This document shows positions 51,713 to 60,700 of a stretch of 64,000 nt of DNA, piece by piece. Under the pieces are notes generated by a model. That model did no database searches. It was not told the DNA's origin and worked only from the letters and a program-made list of their open reading frames with translations. Each line of letters starts with the position of its first letter. Position 1 is the stretch's first letter. The stretch covers positions 124,001 through 188,000 of the forward strand of contig NW_026782026.1 of NCBI RefSeq assembly GCF_031769215.1, read 5' to 3'. The stretch is from Ylistrum balloti (taxonomy: Eukaryota). Made by a program: the position numbers and the translations under genes.

Positions 51713-54700
51713 GTAACTATATAGATGAATAATTTACCTTTCTAATATTCCTGCCATTTCAGTGTCATTTTTGTCACGGTTCCATCGTTACAAAGTGAAG
51801 AGTTATACAAGTTTTCACTTTTATATGTCGGTCGTAAGTTGACCAAACCAATGTTATTATAAAAAAATCACATATATTGAACATATGTAAAACATCACTA
51901 ATTCTGAGCGTATAAGCTTAGTTGATTAGTAACTTCAATTATGATAAACCTGTTTTGTTTTAGTTTTGTTGAATTTGGTAACATTATGAAGTTGAAGACT
52001 AGGCAAGGATGTTCCTAGTGTATCTGTACTGTAAAACACAATGTTGTACAATATGTTTAAATAATGTGTTATTTAACTAATAATTCTAGTCTTCCTTTTG
52101 TTTATTCTATTCTGTGTTTTGTAGATTGGACCTGGATTCATTGATGCCAGACTAGATACAGATGTTCCAATTTTTAGTAAAAAGAAGGTCAACTTCAAGT
52201 GAGTTATTGAAAATCTGTTTTATCTTTCACTGTTACATTATTGATTAATGCTTCATCAGACGAAAATTATCTGACATGAGGAAAATGATAACATTTGACA
52301 TTTTCATATTGTTCCTGCTTTCTAAAAGGCTTGAGATCTTTTACTACAGCAAAAAGGAAATAGATATTTCACAAACCATCACATATTTTATGGCTGAGGT
52401 CTGTATATTTCTGTGCTGATGGTTTGATAAATATATACTACTAGTTGTTTATTACTTTCTGGTCCTTTGGATTGGTTGATAAGTTGAACTTTGACCAATT
52501 ACAAAAGGGCACCTTGCATATTTACAGAAATGAAAACATGCAACATATAGTTCATGATTGTAATAATTTTATTTTTATGAAGAATAATATAATTTATTGT
52601 TTTGAAGATAACAAATCACTTTATTACCTGACAGTGTATGATTTGTAAGAATTATAATATATTTGCATTAACAAAAGACATATTGGTACAGAACAAGTCA
52701 TCTTTTTAACTGTGGTAAAGACAGGTCACATAAACTTGTGTTATTAGGATATAAGGTACTTTTAACTGATAATGTAAATGATCTTAAGATATATAGCAGG
52801 ATAACATCCTCAATTGTCCTGATGATGATACATGACAGGATAACATCCTCAATTGTCCCGATGATGATACATGACAGGATAACATCCTCAATTGTCCTGA
52901 TGATGATACATGACAGTTTAACATCCTCAATTGTCCTGATGATGATACATGACAGGATAACATCCTCAATTGTCCTGATGATGATACATGACAGGATAAC
53001 ATCCTCAATTGTCCTGATGAAGATACATGACAGTTTAACTTCCTCAAACCTCATTATGATAAAGATACCTTTAAGGCAATGTTTTTGAGTCACAGTTGAA
53101 ACTCTTTTTAAATCCTTTGAGATATGACTTCTTTTTTTGCCAGACCGCCTGACCCTATAACACATATGGCAGTATGTAACAACTTCCTGGTGATATCAAT
53201 GACCAGTAATATCTTACTGCGCCTCGACCTCGAACATCCTGAAACACCAGATGGTAAGATTAAATGATTATAAAAAACAGATATATTATCTTAACACGGT
53301 ACATTTGTATGCAATTTGGTCAGTATCTTATTATTTAATTTTAATCACACTTTGTTGACCTTTCTGTTATTTAGTTAGACAGGTATGTCAGATTATGTAC
53401 ACACACTGTGTTGCCTTGTCTATTAATTAGTTAGCCATGTATGTTAGATTATGCAAACATATTAGTTGGACAAAGATTCTTTTTAACTTGTGAATTGGTT
53501 TTAAAGTATTGATGAAATTGTCCAAATACTTCCTAGGAATAGTCAGGATTTTTATACTGTTATATACAAAGTTACAGTAATAATATTTGTGTATTAAACA
53601 AGTTATCATACTGTTTTTGTAATAAACAACTTTTGTAGTGTTCTTCTGTACTTAATGTTTGTGTTAACAGAGGTGGAACTTCCAAGAGCTGTTGAAGACA
53701 AGGTTTACAAAATTTTTCTTGACCCAACTGGCAGACATCTTATTGTCAGCATGGAATCTACTGAGAATTACTATCTCTCCCGTAACTCGAAGAAGCCACG
53801 TCCCATAGGCAAACTAAAGGTACCTTGGTGCATTCAATAGTTTTATCTTTCTTATTATATACCAGTCTGTTCAATTAGGAAAAGGGAAATCTGGTCATTT
53901 GGAAATTATTGTACACAGGCTTTGGTGGTTCAGGGCAAAAGGAACGTGCAATATATACTGATGTAGGGCCTCTAGATATTATGAAATGTGCTTATTTAAC
54001 AATAATATGGTAAGATCAAGGGCAAAAAACCAACCATGTGGGTTTTCCCCGGGTAGTCCCACACTAAGACCCCTCACGCGCTTCCATTCGAGCCAACAAG
54101 AGTGATTTATAAAAGTTGGAAAAACTTGCTTCGTAATTGTTGTGAAATAAATAAAGTTTATTATAAGGGCAAAAAAAGGTAGATGTACTAATTCAGGGCT
54201 CTACTAATATGTACTGATTCAGGGCTCTACTAATATGTACTGATTCAGGGCCTAAATAGCATGTAATGATCAAAGCAGAAAGAACACATAACTCATATTG
54301 TTGCAGACCCTCATCTTAACATGCCAAGTGTATTGATGAGGGTTTTTATATGATGACAATGTTATGGGATTCTCTAACATACAGCTATTGTTTTAGGGTC
54401 ATCATGTGCATGCAGTTGGTTGGAACCTACAGAATGCCAATGACAACACAACAGGTGCCATCCTCCTGGGCACTAGTAAGGGTAAGACTGAATCCTTTAT
54501 CCTTAGCACTAGAAATCATAGGATCAATACATCTCAGTGTAATACATTTGGAGTGAAGTACACTAAAATATGGTAAATGTTGACATATGTTCATTTACAG
54601 TGTTAGAAATTTCTGTGTTATAGATACTGAATGGCAGATTCCTGAATGTGTTTTGTTTTCTGTTTTAGGTCTGATATTTGAAACAGAATTAACAGATAAT

Positions 54701-57700
54701 GAAAACAGTCGTTTTTTCCAGGGAAGTTTGGACCAATACCTGAAACAGGTAAAGACAAGAGAAAGTGTTTCACGGAGCAATGTTGACAAGTGTCTCAAGA
54801 TTACACGATAGTCTTCTATATCAAAAATTAATTAATAGTGAAACATGGACCAGTATCTAAAAACATCTAAAGAATATTACAGGAAAGCCTAAATTTACAT
54901 CTGAGCAAGTTAAGAACATTTCACATTTTGTAGGACAACTTTTGATTATTGAAGTATTTGATAAAGCCTTGATATACCAGGTAACTACTAGACATTAGTA
55001 ACACAATATGAGGATTATAAATTTGAACATGATTAAGTATCAATCAAATTCATTTGTACAACACTTTGAATTCAATTGTACAGTTCTTGGAATTCATTTG
55101 TACAACACTTTGAATTCAGTTGTACAGTTCTTGGAATTCATTTGTACAACGTTTTGAATTCAGTTGTACAGTCCTTGGAATTCATTTGTACAACACTTTG
55201 AATTCAGTTGTACAGTCCTTGGAATTCATTTGTACAACACTTTGAATTCATTTGTACAGTCCTTAGAATTCAGTTGTAAAGTCCTTGAATTCACACACAG
55301 AATTCATGTTGCATAGCACTTCAAATTCATTTGTACATCACATATAATTTGTACAGTACCTGTAGGAGAACAGGTGTTAATGTTATATCTTGTGTTCCTC
55401 TTAAATGCAGCTGAAAATTCTGGCTCGTCCAGAGGAGGTACTAGCTATTGTATACAGTTATAAATAAACTTCTCAGTTCTTTGCCTGCTTTTTCTGTTAA
55501 TTCAATGGTACAAGTTATTGAAGAAAGAAAAAATAAAAATCAAACAAACATTACTTTAATCCTGCCTTGCAGACCAAAGGTGAAAAGTACAATCGTAGAA
55601 TTAACAGTTTTTGTAGTAAAGCATTTTCATTTGCTTGAAACGCCACTGTTGTAATTGTGTGAATTCATTTTTAATAATGTATCTGATGCATGGAAAATCG
55701 CATATATTCCTGAGTTGTTTGTAGTAAGTGACGCTGTAAGATAGTATATATCTTTAGCTCACTATCATCAGGTTGTTATTGCTGTTTCTTCAGAAGCTAC
55801 TTATAGATCATTCAAAACTTTCATGTGTAGGCCCCCCATTTCCCCTGGTTGTGTATATTTGCCTTTGGGATCAAACTACTCAGCTATTTGATGGTGGGCA
55901 AAAAAATCCCTATGAGACCTCTTGGTGCTGTAACCTGTAACACCTCAAGCTAAGGTCAGGGTTAGTGTTCCCTGTAATACTGCAATATAGCATATATCTT
56001 TAAGTAAAATGTCCTTAGTGACAAAGTAAGATATCATACAGCCTCATGTTAGTATACTTCTGTGTTATTATGACAGCATATAGCCTTAAGTCTAGTATGT
56101 ATATTTGTATATCCTTGAATATCCTAGATTGTCATGAGAGAAGTTCCAAGGTAGTATATAACCTTAAGTCAGTTGTCTTCCCTCATGACTCTGTTAATCT
56201 AGCATATAGCTTTAAGTCCATTGCTCTATATGACATTGTAAGAGGGAATTCATCCTTTGCATGTGTCAAGAATGCAGTAATGCAGATTTCTAGAGTGTAA
56301 TTTGGGGGTTGGGGTTGGGAGAGAGGGTTGATGGGGGGAGGGGGTTGGTTAAAGACTACTGACAGCTTGCTTTTTTTGTGTTTCTCGTAAGATTGGTTGT
56401 GATTGCATGTATTGTTTAAAGTGTTTAAGTTTTTATATATATTTTATATCATGTGATTTACCTACCTTTATATATTGATGAGATTGATATACATTCAACA
56501 GTGTGAGGTTGTACATTTATCTTATACTGACTCCTACCAGGTCATCTTGTTGTTGTACAGTAAATGTTTAGTATGAGGTTATATATATATATGGTTTTCC
56601 AGTTGGTAGAATGCATCACTTTTATAATAGATTACTACACTAAAATATATGACATCAACAATGTGTTACTCAATACTAGTGTTAATCACTTTCATAATGT
56701 ATTACTACTACAATGTATTGAATCAACAATGTGTCACTTAATACTAGTGTTGATCACTTTTATAATATATTACTACTACAATGTATGACATCAACAATGT
56801 GTTACTCAATACTAGTGTTAATCACTTTTATAATGTATTACTGCTACAATGTATGACATCAACAATGTGTTACTAGTAAATACTACTGTTAATAGGACAT
56901 CTAACAACATTTTACTGAACTAAACTACTACTAAACTAGAATATATTTCATTAAAATGTCTTATTTCTAGAATGTATTACTACTAGAATGCTTTACTATT
57001 AGAATGTTTTACTACTAGAATGTCTCACCACTAGAATGTTAGAGGCATAGAGGTAAATCACAACAGGTGAAGAGGCTGGGTTCTAAGATTTATTGTTGTC
57101 AACCAGTTTCACCTCTCGGGTTTCTTCAGTGCACAAATTTACACAGAGATTTTACCCCGATAAAAATGAGGAGACAAATCTCATTGTTGAATTATGGCGT
57201 CTAACTATTATACGAAAACCATAACTTAGTCACGGTTATTTTACTCATCAATAACAATGTTATGCAAAATTGTGGCCTGAAGAAGCCTGAGAGGTCAAAA
57301 CCAGTTGACTGGCAGTTTTACTACTAGAATGACATACTTCTAGAATGTCATACTACTAAAATGTCTACTAAAATGTCATACTACTTGAATGTATCACTAC
57401 TAAAATGTCATACTACCTGAATGTATTACTACTGAATGTCATACTACTATATGTCATACTACAAAAATGTATCACTACTGGAATGTCATACTACTAGAAT
57501 GTATCACTTCTAAAATGTCATACTACTAGAATGTATCACTACTAAAATGTCATACTACTAGAATGTATCACTACTAAAATGTCATACTACTAGAATGTAT
57601 CACTACTAAAAAGTTGGGTTTTTTTTCAGTTGTTTAACCTGGGTAAATCCAAGGCTGTTGCAATCACAGGACTGGAGTTTGACAGAATGCCATCTGATGC

Positions 57701-60700
57701 TATGACTGAATATAAATATTTTATCATGATCACCACTCCAGGGTAGGTACTTTAGCTGTAATATCATGATAAAATTATTATGAAGTCAGAAAACCTGATT
57801 AATCTTGTGTGATAGTTGATGGCCTGTTGATTGAATTTGTGTATATGGTGGTTCCATTATATTGTTTGTCAATAAAAGCTTATTATGAGATTTGTTTGTG
57901 AAATGTGTTTTGGTTAATATGTTAACTTCCTTTAATTGAGTAAAGATTGATATCATATGTGGCAGACATAGGTAAGAAATCAAACAGTAACATCTATCAT
58001 TGTGTTTATTATAGTCGTCTGTACCAGTTTATTGGAAATGTGTCCAAGTCGTCGGAGCCCCCAATGTTCCAGCCTCTGTTCCAGCAGTATGAAAACAAAC
58101 CAGGTACTCACTGCAGCCAACTGTAAATTTAGTACTGACCATCTGTGACCTGTGTGTTTATTTCTGTCAATGTGAACTGTCCATCTGTGACCTGTGTGTT
58201 TATTTCTGTCAATATTAACTGTCCATCTGTGATCTGTGTGTTTATTTCTGTCAATGTGAACTGTCCATCTGTGACCTGTGTGTTTATTTCTGTCAATGTG
58301 AACTGTCCATCTGTGATCTGTGTGTTTATTTCTGTCAATGTGATCTGTCCACCTGTGACCTGTGTGTTTATTTCTGTCAATGTGAACTGTCCACCTGTGA
58401 CCTGTGTGTTTATTTCTGTCAATGTGAACTGTCCATCTGTGACCTGTGTGATAATTTCGTAATGTGAACTGTCCATCTGTGACCTGTGTGATAATTTCGT
58501 AATGTGATCTGTCCACCTGTGACCTGTGTGATAATTTTGTAATGTGATCTGTCCACCTGTGACCTGTGTGATAATTTCGTAATGTGATCTGTCCACCTGT
58601 GACCTGTGTGTTTATTTCTGTCAATGTGATCTGTCCATCTGTGACCTGTGTGATAATTTCGTAATGTGAACTGTCCACCTGTGACCTGTGTGTTTATTTC
58701 GTAATGTGAACTGTCCACCTGTGACCTGTGTGATAATTTCGTAATGTGATCTGTCCACCTGTGACCTGTGTGTTTATTCTTGTCACTTTTCAGATTATAT
58801 TAATGGCCTCTGCTAAATATGGTCATTGCTTTTAAAAACATTTATCTCAACAGTTAAGATAAAGATTTGCTCAAACAATGTCATATTTCTATTGTGATTT
58901 TACATGTTTGATTTGTTCAGGAAACAGTAAGACTACATGAAAGGTTATAACCTGAGTTATTCATGTATGTGACTTGTGTTTAATACCTTAACAATAAAGT
59001 TGTTCTTGTGATAAACAGAACAGTTCCTAGAGCTGCCAGGAGACTTTGGAAATAGTGAATTAAAGCTGTACCTACCAAGATTCCGAGCTGCTCCAAAGAA
59101 TTTTGCTTGGATGACTGGTAAGTATCACCAGGAAGTAAATAATAATAACTGATTTAACAACTCTAGGAATTTTAAAGGTGAAAGTTCATCGGTTCACATT
59201 TCAAATGGAAATTCATTTTAGACCCTTTTTTGTCATATTTTTCAAGCAAATATATCAGAATATTGACATTTTTAGATCAAACTTAAATTCACATCCACTA
59301 TGTATCCATGACCTCCATGGTTACATCACAGTGCCATCTGTGAATGTGTGACGTCATTTCATTAAGTGACAATAAGCTGTAATACACACATGTGTAAATG
59401 CAAAAATATGACATAAGTATATTCCCTAAATAACAAGACAATCATGTGATTAATACAATCTGTTACCTGTAACTGAGTGAGATCGTGGGTATCTCGGTCG
59501 AGGGCTAAGATCCAGTAACATAATTCTAACTGATGCGTTAGCCAAGGTTAGATAGTTACAGGATCTTAGCCCGAGACTGTGATACCCCGATCTTGTTCAC
59601 TTACAGGTAGTAGTTTTTTCTCGCATCTACAGCCTCTTCACTTTTAAATATCGTTTGGATAGTGCTGCATAAACAATGTAGGCAGGAATTAAAAGTACTG
59701 TACTACCTTTCAAGAGGGCTGGTCGCATTTTCGATTTCATTTTAAATATGATTAATTAAATAGAATATCGTTGAAATTTCAACAACAACATAACCCATGC
59801 TTTTGTTGAAATACATGGGTTTAGGTGCCACTTATGCCTACACTTGGATGAATACACAGATGCATAAAGAATTACACGAAAACACGTGAGAGTATGATAC
59901 AGATCGGGCGAAATAGAAAAATCTAGGATGGAGTATTAATTGGGATATCTCTGTCTGAAGTGTGAGAAAAATATACCTGTGACAGGGACTTAGTCTGGAT
60001 AATCAGTACATATAGTGACAAGGACTAAGTCTAGATAATCAGTACATATAGTGACAGGGACTAAGTCTAGATAATCAGTATATATTGTGACAGGGACTAA
60101 GTCTAGAAAATCAATATATATAGTGACAGGGACTAAGTCTAGATAATCAGTATATATTGTGACAGGGACTAAGTCTAGATAATCAGTATATATAGTGACA
60201 GGGACTAAGTCTAGATAATCAGTATATATAGTGACAGGGACTTAGTCTAGATAATCAGTATATATAGTGACAGGGACTTAGTCTAGATAATCAGTATATA
60301 TAGTGACAGCGACTGAGTCTAGATAATCAGTATATATAGTGACAGCGACTGAGTCTAGATAATCAGTATATATAGTGACAGGGACTAAGTCTAGATAATC
60401 AGTATATATAGTGACAGGGACTAAGTCTAGATAATCAGTACATATAGTGACAGGGACTAAGTCTAGATAATCAGTATATATAGTGACAGGGACTAAGTCT
60501 AGATAGTAAGTATATAAAGTGACAGGGACTAAGTCTAGATAATCAGTACATATAGTGACAGGGACTAGGTCTAGATAATCAGTATATATAGTGACAGGGA
60601 CTAAGTCTAGATAATCAGTATATATAGTGACAGGAACATTGTCTGGATAATCAGTATATATAATGACAAGGACTAAGTCTAGATAATCAATATATATAGT

